Assembly (NCBI GenBank): GCA_963676565.1
Contig: OY781089.1
Span: 1,728,001-1,792,000, forward strand
Length of the DNA stretch: 64,000 bases
Direction of reading: 5' to 3'
From: Halarcobacter sp.
GTDB taxonomy: Bacteria > Campylobacterota > Campylobacteria > Campylobacterales > Arcobacteraceae
Both the position numbers and the translations under genes were made by a program. Under the pieces are notes generated by a model. It searched no databases and was not told where the DNA came from. It saw nothing but the letters and a program-made list of their open reading frames with translations. Below, in pieces: positions 38,599-48,138 of the stretch. Numbering within the stretch: the first letter of the stretch is position 1; each line of letters starts with the position of its first letter.

Positions 38599-39946
38599 CT
38601 TTTCTAAGGAGTTTTTAGAAAATATTAACTCTTTAGGATATACGCAACTAACAAAGATTCAATCTTTATCTTTACCCTTATCTTTAAAGAATGAAGATTT
38701 AATTGCCCAAGCAAAAACAGGTTCTGGAAAAACAGTCGCTTTTTCAATCCCCCTTGTACAAAAGCTTGATGTAAAAAAATATGAAATTCAGTCTTTAGTT
38801 TTGGCTCCTACTAGAGAATTGTCAAATCAAATAGCTAGTGAGATTAGAAAGTTAAGTCGACACATTCATAATGTAAAAGTTCTTTCTTTATGTGGAGGAA
38901 CACCTTTTAAACCTCAAGTTGCATCAATAGAGCATGGTGCTCACATTATAGTTGGGACTCCTGGTCGTATTTTACAACATATTCATGAAACAAAGATTGA
39001 TTTTTCTAATGTTGATACTTTAGTTTTGGATGAAGCAGATAAAATGCTTGATATGGGATTTCATGATGATATTATAAAAATTATAGACTCTTTACCTAAA
39101 CAAAGGCAAACTCTATTGTTTTCTGCAACATATGAAGAGAATATTGAAAATCTTTCAAAGGAGATTTTAAATAATCCAAAGTTTGTTAAAACTGATGATG
39201 TTCATGAAAAAGATATTATAAATCAAACTTTTTATGAAGTTGAATCAAGATTTAAAACCTCATTGATCCCTAATCTAATTTTACAAAATAATGCAAAATC
39301 TGTTTTAATTTTTTGTAATACAAAAATAAAATGTGAAGAGTTAGCAGATGAACTTCATTCTTATGGAATTGATGTTTTAACTTTACATTCAAATTTAGAA
39401 CAAAGGGATAGAGATGAGACTTTAATCTTATTTTCAAATAATTCCTATCCTGTTTTAATTGCAACAGATGTAGCTTCTAGAGGACTTCATATTGATGATA
39501 TTAACTTAGTTATAAATTATGATATTCCAAGGGATGAAAGTGTTTATACCCATAGAATAGGAAGAACAGCAAGAGCAGGGAAAAATGGTTTGGCTGTAAC
39601 ACTATTTGAAAAAGATGAATTTTTTAAAGTTGAACCTATAAAAGAAAAATTTGAAGAGATTAAATTTGAAGATTTTAAAGGTATTAAAACCTTTGAAGAT
39701 TATAAGATTGATTCAGAATTTAGGTCTTTAATTATCATTGGTGGAAAAAAACAAAAACTTCGAGCAGGTGACATTTTGGGTGCGTTAACAGCTGGAGTTG
39801 GTTTAAATAAAGATGATATTGGAAAGATTAATATTTTAGATTTTGTTTCATATGTAGCTATTAAAAAAGAGGTTTTGAAAAAAGCTTTAAATGGTTTAAC
39901 AAAAAGAAAAATCAAAAACAAAAGCTTTAAAGTTTTTGAAAAGTAA
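38582..39946 (+). CDS. dbpA: DEAD-box RNA helicase DbpA
   Basis: AKTGSGKT, DEAD, SAT and HRIGRTAR motifs; C-terminal GGKKQKLRAGDILGAL RNA-binding domain. Confidence 0.95.
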   Translation: MLKEYNFSKEFLENINSLGYTQLTKIQSLSLPLSLKNEDLIAQAKTGSGKTVAFSIPLVQKLDVKKYEIQSLVLAPTRELSNQIASEIRKLSRHIHNVKVLSLCGGTPFKPQVASIEHGAHIIVGTPGRILQHIHETKIDFSNVDTLVLDEADKMLDMGFHDDIIKIIDSLPKQRQTLLFSATYEENIENLSKEILNNPKFVKTDDVHEKDIINQTFYEVESRFKTSLIPNLILQNNAKSVLIFCNTKIKCEELADELHSYGIDVLTLHSNLEQRDRDETLILFSNNSYPVLIATDVASRGLHIDDINLVINYDIPRDESVYTHRIGRTARAGKNGLAVTLFEKDEFFKVEPIKEKFEEIKFEDFKGIKTFEDYKIDSEFRSLIIIGGKKQKLRAGDILGALTAGVGLNKDDIGKINILDFVSYVAIKKEVLKKALNGLTKRKIKNKSFKVFEK

Positions 39947-39992
39947 ATATGATAAGATTTCATCTTTAACATTAAAAAAGGATATATTTAAT

Positions 39993-40274
39993 ATGGCAAC
40001 AGCAACAGCAAGACACTTATTAGTTGAATCAGAAGAGTTATGTAACGAACTTAAACAAAGAATTGAAAATGGTGAAGATTTTGGTGCATTAGCACAAGAG
40101 TTTTCTCAATGTCCATCGGGAGCTAATGGTGGAGATTTAGGAAGATTTTCTCAAGGGCAAATGGTTCCTGAGTTTGATACAGTTGTATTTAATGACGCGG
40201 TAAATGTAGTTCATGGACCAGTGAAAACTGATTTTGGATACCATTTATTAGAGACTACTTCTAGAGAAGACTAA
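39993..40274 (+). CDS. ppiC: Parvulin peptidyl-prolyl isomerase
   Basis: ARHLLV, SQCPSG..GGDLG, MVPEFD and FGYH motifs; ATG 39993 after AAGGA. Confidence 0.95.
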   Translation: MATATARHLLVESEELCNELKQRIENGEDFGALAQEFSQCPSGANGGDLGRFSQGQMVPEFDTVVFNDAVNVVHGPVKTDFGYHLLETTSRED

Positions 40275-40287
40275 TTAAAAAAAGAGG

Positions 40288-40653
40288 TTAGCAAGCTTTA
40301 TCTTCTACCTCTTCTTCCCAAAGAATTGAAATTCCATACTCTTCATGAGGTATTGCATATTTAAAATATTCACTTCCACCTTTTTTACCATGTAATCTTA
40401 CTATTACTTGTTGTTCTTGTAAAAGTTTTTTCATCTCAAATTCAGAAAAACTTCTTTTGTTGTATCTTAAAAATGCATTTGAATATACTCTAAATCTACA
40501 GGTTGAATCAGCTGTGAAAACATATTGTTCACTATCATCATACTCTTTTCTTGCATTTTCACAAGAATAAAGTTTTATATTTTTACCCTTTACATTTATT
40601 TTTTTTGAGATTACTTTCCCTTCACAAAATGGACAATTTCCTAAAATTGACAT
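40288..40653 (-). CDS. Stand-alone protein resembling the topoisomerase III C-terminal zinc-ribbon repeat
   Basis: LGNCPFC.G.V..YSC.N..C.F.V..KR..MKKLL pattern. Confidence 0.6.
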   Translation of the reverse strand: MSILGNCPFCEGKVISKKINVKGKNIKLYSCENARKEYDDSEQYVFTADSTCRFRVYSNAFLRYNKRSFSEFEMKKLLQEQQVIVRLHGKKGGSEYFKYAIPHEEYGISILWEEEVEDKAC

Positions 40654-40749
40654 TTTTAGCCTTTTTATTTTAATTTTACAAAATTTTTTTTACTTTTATT
40701 TAAAATATTGCAATTTGAAATATTTTACTTAAGTTAAAATATAGTATAC

Positions 40750-40764
40750 TGATAATTATTATTA
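40750..40764. promoter_or_regulatory. Fur box
   Basis: TGATAATTATTATTA, one mismatch to the 7-1-7 consensus TGATAATnATTATCA, between a TATACT -10 and the RBS of 40777. Confidence 0.75.
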
Positions 40765-40776
40765 AAAAGGAATTTT

Positions 40777-40896
40777 ATGGAAGATATTATTATATATGGT
40801 TTAGTTATTGTTTCTGTTGCTTATATTTTAATAAAAACTTTTAAAAAGAATGGAAGTTGTGGTTGTGGTGGAGATGGTAATTGTTCTAAAAAATAG
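40777..40896 (+). CDS. FeoB-associated Cys-rich membrane microprotein (MEDIIIYGLVIVSVAYILIKTFKKNGSCGCGGDGNCSKK)
   Basis: AAGGA RBS; 39 aa with a TM helix and a CGC..C tail; absent from the ORF track. Confidence 0.85.
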   Translation: MEDIIIYGLVIVSVAYILIKTFKKNGSCGCGGDGNCSKK

Positions 40897-40913
40897 AATA
40901 AATTCTATTTTTT
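40888..40913. terminator. Bidirectional AT-rich hairpin
   Basis: AAAAAATAGAAT-AA-ATTCTATTTTTT between convergent genes. Confidence 0.55.
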
Positions 40914-42288
40914 AGTTTCTTTTCTTTTCGAAAATTCTTTCTGTAAATTCAGCAAATTTACCCCTAACTGCTTTTTCAAGTTCTATTGCAAACATTGAAA
41001 TTTCAGGATGTTTTTCCCTTGTTTGCTTGAGCAAGGTAGTTAAACCATTGTTATACTTATTTAGATACAAGTTATCAATTTGTCTATTTGAACCAATAAC
41101 AATAGCCATACAAGATTCATCTAGTCTACTTAAAATTAATTGTGTTGTTTTTTCAGAAGAGTTTTGCCACTCATCCATAATAACAATTGCTTCAGAAAGA
41201 GTTCTACCTCTAGCTTCCCCTGGCCATAAAGTTTCAATACAATACCTTGAAGTAAGTTCAGCAATTTTTGAATCAATAGATTCTTTATTTTCTCTATTTT
41301 CACTTTTTTTTAGTTGTTTTTTAGCAACAAATTCTAAAGTGTCATAAAGTGCCATATTATAGATTCTAAATTTCTCTTCATTTCCAGCTAAATATCCAAC
41401 ATCAGCACCTTTATCAAGGGATTCAATGGAGTTTCTTACATAAACTATCTTGTCATAATGTCCTAAGTCAATCAATCTCATTGCACTTACCATTGACATA
41501 AGAGTTTTACCTGAGCCAGCTTTTGCATCGATTACCATTAATTCAAACATATCACTTAAAATTGCTTTCATAAAAAGTTTTTGTTTTAAATTTACAGGTT
41601 TAACTTGTAAGGCTTTAAAATCAGATTCATTTAGAAGTTGGATTCTCTCATTTACAATAATTGCATAAGTAGAGTTTCCATCTTCACTTTCAAAGGAGTA
41701 ACAAAAGTTTTCATTTGAGTACTCTTCATCAAACTTTCTAATATCTGCTCCATCAAGGGAGTTAAATACACTTGAGTCTAAACTTATTTTTTTCAAGAAT
41801 TCAAATTTAGGTACTGTAGATTTATCATCATGCAGAGTTTCTGCTTTAATACCTTTAAAAAGTGCAAAGGTTCTTGCATAGACATCAAGGGATAAAAACA
41901 GGGTTTGAGCACCTTTATAATAATCTTGTGCAATAGCTGCAACTTCAATAATACGTTTATCATTACTTTCACTAATATGAATTTGCTCAATTTCTGATTC
42001 ATATTGATCTTTAGAGATAATATGTAACATCATCTCATTATTATAAAGTTTTACAACTTTAAAGCCTAATTTGTAGTCAACCTCTTTGATTTTCATATTA
42101 GCAAGTAAACGAGCGAACTCTCTAGAATAATAACCTAACTCATTTGTCAGTTTCTTTTTGTCCTCTAATTCTAATAAAACTGTTTCTGGTATTACAATGG
42201 TGTTTGTGTTATTGTCAGATAATCTGTTCAAGTTTTGAACGTTTTGCAGGATAATATTAGTATCAATTACATATACTTTATCTTTCAT
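40912..42288 (-). CDS. PIN-PhoH (PhoH2-type) protein
   Basis: PIN (YVIDTNI, LLELE, NDKRI) fused to a PhoH ATPase (AGSGKT, RGRTL, DEWQN, QID). Confidence 0.92.
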   Translation of the reverse strand: MKDKVYVIDTNIILQNVQNLNRLSDNNTNTIVIPETVLLELEDKKKLTNELGYYSREFARLLANMKIKEVDYKLGFKVVKLYNNEMMLHIISKDQYESEIEQIHISESNDKRIIEVAAIAQDYYKGAQTLFLSLDVYARTFALFKGIKAETLHDDKSTVPKFEFLKKISLDSSVFNSLDGADIRKFDEEYSNENFCYSFESEDGNSTYAIIVNERIQLLNESDFKALQVKPVNLKQKLFMKAILSDMFELMVIDAKAGSGKTLMSMVSAMRLIDLGHYDKIVYVRNSIESLDKGADVGYLAGNEEKFRIYNMALYDTLEFVAKKQLKKSENRENKESIDSKIAELTSRYCIETLWPGEARGRTLSEAIVIMDEWQNSSEKTTQLILSRLDESCMAIVIGSNRQIDNLYLNKYNNGLTTLLKQTREKHPEISMFAIELEKAVRGKFAEFTERIFEKKRN

Positions 42289-42344
42289 AGAAAAATTATA
42301 ACATTAAAAAGCTACAAGTTAACGACAAAATTGTATAATTAGTG

Positions 42345-43271
42345 ATGCTAAAATTTAATAATCAAACAATGCTAGAAATTTTAAATATTCTAAAAAAAGA
42401 ATTAACTACCAAAAATTCAATCACCTTTGAAGTTTTGAACCCTGATAATTTTAATAATAAAGCTATTGGAGAAAATATTGAAATTTCAAATGCTGTTTAT
42501 ATATTTAGAGATTATAAATCGTGGATAGATTTAGCAGAAAAGCTTTTTTCTAAAATGTTAACACCAATTAAAGTTGATGAAAATATTGTTCAATTAACAT
42601 TTCAAAAACTAAATTTAAACGATAGTTTTCATAATGATGAACAAGATAAAGAAAAATATGGTAGCCAATCTTTATTTTCTAAAATCAATAAAAATGAAGA
42701 GCCTGAAATTTTATATTCATACTTACAAGCACTTAAAAATGTAAAAATTGAAAAAAGAGTTAGAGTTTTAAACCTTGGGGTAAATACAGGGGAAGAGTTT
42801 GAACTTATAAAAGAGTATTGTGATAATTTTAAAGATTTAGAATTAGTTGGAATAGATTATTCAGATACAGCCATACAAGCAGCAAAAGAAAAATTTAGAG
42901 ATGATAAAAACACTAAGTTTTTTGTTCACGATATTAATAGTTTAGATGAGCTTTCTTTAGGAACTTTTGATTTAATCATTACAATTGGGACTTTACAAAG
43001 TTGCAACTCAAATTTTAAAGAATTATTTATGAACATCATACAAAACTATTTAAAAAAAGATGGCTCTATGATACTTGGTTTCCCCAACTGTAGATGGCTT
43101 GAGGGTAAACCTATTTTCGGAGCAAAGGCTCCAAACTATAGCTTTTCAGAGATGAGTATTTTATTTAATGATGTTGTTTTTTGTAAAAAATACTTGCAAC
43201 AAAAAAAATTTAGAGTAACAATAACTGGTAAGTACTATATTTTTTTAACGGCAACTAGTATTAGAAAATAA
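42345..43271 (+). CDS. Class I SAM-dependent methyltransferase
   Basis: VLNLGVNTG, VGIDYS, FDLII and LKKDG motifs. Confidence 0.85.
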   Translation: MLKFNNQTMLEILNILKKELTTKNSITFEVLNPDNFNNKAIGENIEISNAVYIFRDYKSWIDLAEKLFSKMLTPIKVDENIVQLTFQKLNLNDSFHNDEQDKEKYGSQSLFSKINKNEEPEILYSYLQALKNVKIEKRVRVLNLGVNTGEEFELIKEYCDNFKDLELVGIDYSDTAIQAAKEKFRDDKNTKFFVHDINSLDELSLGTFDLIITIGTLQSCNSNFKELFMNIIQNYLKKDGSMILGFPNCRWLEGKPIFGAKAPNYSFSEMSILFNDVVFCKKYLQQKKFRVTITGKYYIFLTATSIRK

Positions 43272-43323
43272 TTAGTTTAAATTATTTATTTTTAATTCTA
43301 GTTTTTTTTGATAAGGTTTCCCT

Positions 43324-44337
43324 ATGAAAAAAAACATATTAATAACATTACTTTTTATTTTACTCTTAAAATTAAACCTTTTCTCAAACGAAACGAATTA
43401 TTTATATAATAAAGATGCATCAAAACTAATAAAAGATTTAGTTAATAATCATGGTTTTAGTAAATCCTATTTGGATGAATTGTTTTCTAATGTTAAAGTT
43501 CAAAAATCTGCATTGAAATATTATACAAAAAAGAAAAAAAAAGATTTTGAGATTAAAAAAAAGTATCATGGAAGCTGGGATAGGTATGAAAAGAAACTTT
43601 TAGACCAAGAAAGAATTGAAGTAGGTGCAAAATTTATGAAAAAGAATAAAAAAGCACTAAATAAAGCCTATAAAAAATATGGAGTTCAACCTGAATATAT
43701 AGCTGCAATAATTGGAATAGAAAGTTATTATGGAAAATACAGTGGCGATTATCCTGTCTTTGATGCCTTAGCCACATTAAGTTTTGAAGAAAATAGAAGA
43801 AATGAATTTTTTAGAAATGAATTAAAAGAGTTTTTAATTTTAACAAAGAAAAACAAACAAAATCCAAAAAGTATTTATGGTTCTTTTGCTGGTGCCATAG
43901 GCTTGGCACAATTTATGCCAAGTAACTTTAAAAAACTTGCAATAGATTTTAACAATGATGGCATTGTTGATTTAGACAATGAAGAAGATGCCATAGGTAG
44001 TATCGCTAAATATTTTAATAAATCAGGTTGGAATAGAATGATCCCTGTTGCAACTAGAGTAAGTTATGAAGGTAAAAGATTTAATAGATTTAAAACTGGA
44101 TTTAAATATAAATATAAGCGTTCAAAACTAAAAGGGATACAACCTAAAGACAATAATTTCTATTATCCTAAGAAAGTTCATTTAATAAAACTTAATCGAT
44201 ATAAGTTTGATGAACTTTGGTATGGGACCAAAAATTTTTATGTGATTACAAGGTATAACCGCAGTAGTTATTATGCAATGGCAGTTTATAAATTAGCAAA
44301 GAAATTAAGAAAGGCTTATAGAAAAAAAAGTGTATAA
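43324..44337 (+). CDS. mltB: Lytic murein transglycosylase B family
   Basis: IIGIESYYG, GSFAGAIGLAQFMPS, DFNNDG and ITRYNRS motifs. Confidence 0.93.
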   Translation: MKKNILITLLFILLLKLNLFSNETNYLYNKDASKLIKDLVNNHGFSKSYLDELFSNVKVQKSALKYYTKKKKKDFEIKKKYHGSWDRYEKKLLDQERIEVGAKFMKKNKKALNKAYKKYGVQPEYIAAIIGIESYYGKYSGDYPVFDALATLSFEENRRNEFFRNELKEFLILTKKNKQNPKSIYGSFAGAIGLAQFMPSNFKKLAIDFNNDGIVDLDNEEDAIGSIAKYFNKSGWNRMIPVATRVSYEGKRFNRFKTGFKYKYKRSKLKGIQPKDNNFYYPKKVHLIKLNRYKFDELWYGTKNFYVITRYNRSSYYAMAVYKLAKKLRKAYRKKSV

Positions 44338-44371
44338 TACAAACTTTAAAATAAAAATATGAAGGAATAAA

Positions 44372-44926
44372 ATGAAAAATTTATTATTTAGTTTTAGTTT
44401 AGTTTTTGTAGCCTTATTTTTTGCTGCTTGTGAATCAGATGAAGCAAAAACAATAGTTGAAGATAATCGAAGTTTTGATGAGTTGAAAGAGAAAAGTAAT
44501 AAAACTTATACCCTTAATACAACAAGTGGTGAAAAAATTGTATTTAGAATTGAAGAAAATAAAATAACTTCTGAACAGTTAAATGGGAAAACTTTATTAA
44601 TAAACTTTTGGGCAACTTGGTGTAAACCTTGTGAAAAAGAGATTCCTGCATTTAATGAATTATATGAGAAGTATGGTGAGAATTTTGAAATTATTGGTGT
44701 GCTTTTTGAAAAAGATAAAGATCCAAAAGAGTTAGCAGATTTTATGGCTAGATTTAACATGAAGTTTCCTGTTACAGTAGGTGAAGAGAATTTTAGACTA
44801 GCAAAAACATTTGATGATGTAAAAATGGTTCCTGAATCATATCTATATGACAAAAATGGGAACTTTGTTAAAAATTACATTGGAGAAGTTGACCAAAAAG
44901 ACTTAGAAGAGTACTTAAAACAGTAA
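44372..44926 (+). CDS. TlpA/ResA-family thiol-disulfide lipoprotein
   Basis: Lipobox FAA-C; NFWATWCKPC motif. Confidence 0.92.
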   Translation: MKNLLFSFSLVFVALFFAACESDEAKTIVEDNRSFDELKEKSNKTYTLNTTSGEKIVFRIEENKITSEQLNGKTLLINFWATWCKPCEKEIPAFNELYEKYGENFEIIGVLFEKDKDPKELADFMARFNMKFPVTVGEENFRLAKTFDDVKMVPESYLYDKNGNFVKNYIGEVDQKDLEEYLKQ

Positions 44927-44979
44927 TATCAGTAAAATTTTTGTATACTAGTAATTAAAAATAACTAAAAAGGTAACAT

Positions 44980-46194
44980 ATGTCAATATCAGAGTTTTTG
45001 TCAACAATAAAAGAATCACAGTTTAATATAGCTCAAATATATGATAAAGCACCAAATGAAACAATGATACTATTAGCAGTTATAGTTGTTGCAATTATTA
45101 TTGTATATTTTATTATTTCAAACTCAATAAAAGCTTCAAATACTGTAAAATTAGTAGAAAATATTTTAGATTCAAAAACTTATGATGAGATTGATAATAA
45201 GTTATCTATTTTAAGTAAAGAGCTTCCAAAAAGAGGGGTTAAAGTTACTGATGCTTTAAATGTTGTAAAGGAACATCTATTATTTAGAACCTCAAAATTA
45301 TTGGCAAATATGACAATTGCCCAAAAAATTGAAAAATACCAAGAGCTTTCAAAAAGATATTCTCAAATTGCCCAAGCCTCAAAGAAACAAAAAAATGAAG
45401 ATTTAGTTGTTTTTTATGAACAAAAATCAAAAGAATTAGTAGAAGTTAATTTAGCTGAAGAGATTGCTTATTATCTTGAAAATGTACATTTCAATGAAGA
45501 TGAAGTTGAAAATGTAAATGCTATAGTTAAATACGCAAACAGTATATCAAATCCTAAATCTATAATTGATCCAATGATTGAAACAATGAATAAGTTTAGT
45601 TATGGTTATAACATTGATTTATTTAGATTTATAGAGAAACTTACAAAAGAGGACTCTAAACAAGTTTTTGAAAATGCAAATGAAAAAATGGAAGAGTTAT
45701 TTAATAATGGTGATAAGGAAATCTCAATAATCATTTTGGATTATCTTCTTGAAAAAAATGAAAATCAAAAAGTTTATGATTATATTTCTACATTAAATAG
45801 AAAAAACTATTTGCAACAACTTCATGATTTATATTTCAATAAAAAAGATGATTTATATTTAGATTTAGCATTTATTGCAAATCCATTAAAAATAGATTCA
45901 GATTATAAAAGTTATTTAGATGAATCATTAACATCAAACTGGAGAGATTCTTCTCATATAGAATTTTTATCAAAATCTAAAGGTGTGCTTGAAGTTTTAG
46001 GTCACATGGAGTTTAGAACTTTAATTGAAAGAATTGATAATATAAAAGTTGAAACAGAAAATAGAAAAATGGTTGAAGAGGCATTATCTATTGCAAAAAG
46101 AGCTGAATCAATTGCCCTAGAAGCTAAGTCTTTAAACAAAAGACCTGTTATTATGACTCAAGCAACACAAGTAAAAAAAACTAGTGAGAATTGA
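44980..46194 (+). CDS. Hypothetical membrane-anchored helical protein
   Basis: One N-terminal TM segment; 404 aa; AAGG RBS. Confidence 0.75.
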   Translation: MSISEFLSTIKESQFNIAQIYDKAPNETMILLAVIVVAIIIVYFIISNSIKASNTVKLVENILDSKTYDEIDNKLSILSKELPKRGVKVTDALNVVKEHLLFRTSKLLANMTIAQKIEKYQELSKRYSQIAQASKKQKNEDLVVFYEQKSKELVEVNLAEEIAYYLENVHFNEDEVENVNAIVKYANSISNPKSIIDPMIETMNKFSYGYNIDLFRFIEKLTKEDSKQVFENANEKMEELFNNGDKEISIIILDYLLEKNENQKVYDYISTLNRKNYLQQLHDLYFNKKDDLYLDLAFIANPLKIDSDYKSYLDESLTSNWRDSSHIEFLSKSKGVLEVLGHMEFRTLIERIDNIKVETENRKMVEEALSIAKRAESIALEAKSLNKRPVIMTQATQVKKTSEN

Positions 46195-46200
46195 TTTTAA

Positions 46201-46497
46201 ATGAGTGATTTTAATCCAGTATTTATAGTGTTTTTTTTAATTTTAGTTGCACTTGTTTTTTTAATATTTAAAAGAACGAACTCTAATTATAAACCTAGTT
46301 ATTTAAAAAAGCAAGAATTAGTAAAACAGTATGAATATGAGATGTTAAAATTAATATCAAAATATGAAAAAGAACCAGATATTTTAAAAGTTAAAAAAAT
46401 TGAGTTTTTAAAACAAGCAAGTAGTGAATTACACAATAATATATTTTTTGAAGATAAAGAAGCTAAAGCCTTAGTTCAGAAATTAGCATCTTTATAA
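46201..46497 (+). CDS. Small membrane-anchored hypothetical protein
   Basis: N-terminal TM segment; follows the previous gene by 6 bp. Confidence 0.7.
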   Translation: MSDFNPVFIVFFLILVALVFLIFKRTNSNYKPSYLKKQELVKQYEYEMLKLISKYEKEPDILKVKKIEFLKQASSELHNNIFFEDKEAKALVQKLASL

Positions 46498-46503
46498 AAT
46501 AAA

Positions 46504-46535
46504 TAATTTAAGGTTGAAAATTCAACCTTAAATTA
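46504..46535. terminator. Bidirectional terminator
   Basis: TAATTTAAGGTTGAA-AA-TTCAACCTTAAATTA, perfect 15-bp inverted repeat between convergent genes. Confidence 0.8.
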
Positions 46536-47000
46536 AAATTCTGCACTAGCTACCCAGTCTGCAGGCTCTTCAAGAAATATTACAATCTCCTCAAGAATTT
46601 TTTTATGTTTATCTTCTTCTTTTGCAATTTGTAAAAAGATTCTTTTTTCTCTTTCATCACTTAATTCTTCAGCTTTTTGGGCATAGAAATCATGAGACTC
46701 TACTTCTCTTGTTATTGCATCTTTATAAAATTGGATTTGTTCTTTATCAAAACTCACATTGTCTTTTTCTTCAATTAACGTTGTGAAAATTGTTTGTGTA
46801 TCAGTAACTAAATCTAATTTATCATAATCAATATTCTCTTTTTTAAGCATATTTTTAAATACATTATAGTGCTTAACCTCTTCATCAGCCAACATTGTAA
46901 AAATTCTCTTAAGACCAGGATTCGAGGCAGATGCTGCCATTTCTCTATAGTATGCTTCACCTTCTTTTTCTACTTTCATAGCGTACTCATATACATTCAT
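46533..47000 (-). CDS. Rubrerythrin-like ferritin-fold protein
   Basis: E..G..YY, EEVKH, E.ES..FY and EEDKH di-iron motifs; no rubredoxin tail. Confidence 0.9.
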   Translation of the reverse strand: MNVYEYAMKVEKEGEAYYREMAASASNPGLKRIFTMLADEEVKHYNVFKNMLKKENIDYDKLDLVTDTQTIFTTLIEEKDNVSFDKEQIQFYKDAITREVESHDFYAQKAEELSDEREKRIFLQIAKEEDKHKKILEEIVIFLEEPADWVASAEF

Positions 47001-47077
47001 ACTTTTCCTTTTTGAATAAGATTTATTAATATAATATCATAAGTAAATAAAATTTACAAAATATTTTTTTACTTAAT

Positions 47078-47827
47078 TTATTCGTATGGACAAGGAACCG
47101 GTGGAATCTGTTTAAATGAGTTTTTTATTGCTTGATTTATAGAGTTTTTATATCTAGAAGTTTTTGGTGCAATCGCCGCAAACTGGATAAAGTCTTCACT
47201 CCATTGTAAAGTTTTTTCTTTTTTATAAACAAAAGCAATTTTTTTACCCATTTGTTTACATCTTAAATAAATAGTTTGTGCATAGTTGTTTATGAAAACA
47301 AATTCTTTAGCATTTATTTTTTCTCCCCATGCAAAAAATACAAACTTTCCACTTGGAACAAATTCTTGTGCATCAAAATACATAATATCTCTATCAAATT
47401 CAGTATTTTGATTTGAATTATATTTTTCTAAATCTGCATCAAATTTCATTAAAAGTGATGAAGCATCTATATTTTCTTCAACCAAATTAAATAAATTTTT
47501 TATTTCAACAAGTTTACCTTTATAATTTTCAGATAAAGCTTGTTTAAATACTGTAATGTAACCCTCTTGTTTTAGTTCAACATATTCATCAAATTTATCA
47601 AAATCTTGATCTAATAAATATTTATTTGAATCGTATCCTTCTGGAGTAACTAAAGGATTATATAAAAAAATTGTGCCAGCAATGTTTTTCTTTCTATCTT
47701 TATTTGTTTTTATCATTTGTTTTAATTCTTTTGCTGTAATCATCTCTTCATCATCATTAAAATAAAGATAACTAGAAGTTAAAAAAACCTCTTCGTATTT
47801 AGTTTCTAATATTCCAAAATATTGCAT
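47078..47827 (-). CDS. Hypothetical protein, possibly DUF1643-like
   Basis: ATG 47827 after AAGGAAAGAG; motifs IFLYNP, IKNLF and FFAWG. Confidence 0.6.
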   Translation of the reverse strand: MQYFGILETKYEEVFLTSSYLYFNDDEEMITAKELKQMIKTNKDRKKNIAGTIFLYNPLVTPEGYDSNKYLLDQDFDKFDEYVELKQEGYITVFKQALSENYKGKLVEIKNLFNLVEENIDASSLLMKFDADLEKYNSNQNTEFDRDIMYFDAQEFVPSGKFVFFAWGEKINAKEFVFINNYAQTIYLRCKQMGKKIAFVYKKEKTLQWSEDFIQFAAIAPKTSRYKNSINQAIKNSFKQIPPVPCPYE

Positions 47828-48138
47828 CTCTTTCCTTATAAGTATATTTGTAATAGTATCCAAATTTTTTTTAAAAGTGTTCCACTGGATAAAAATTATC
47901 TCTAACCTTAAATAAGACTAAAATTATCCTATTTGTTTTTAAGGCATAAAACTCTTTAAGTCTATATTGATAAACTTTCAGTACATTAAAACAATTTGAT
48001 GTAAAACTACACAGCCAAAACCGCAATGTAAGTTGACAAAGTACTTATTTCTTCTCCTTCGCTTTTGTTAACTTCATTGCATATTTTCAAATCCCACTTA
48101 GTAAATTTAGATATAATATTTCTTTTTTAGGAAATAAT

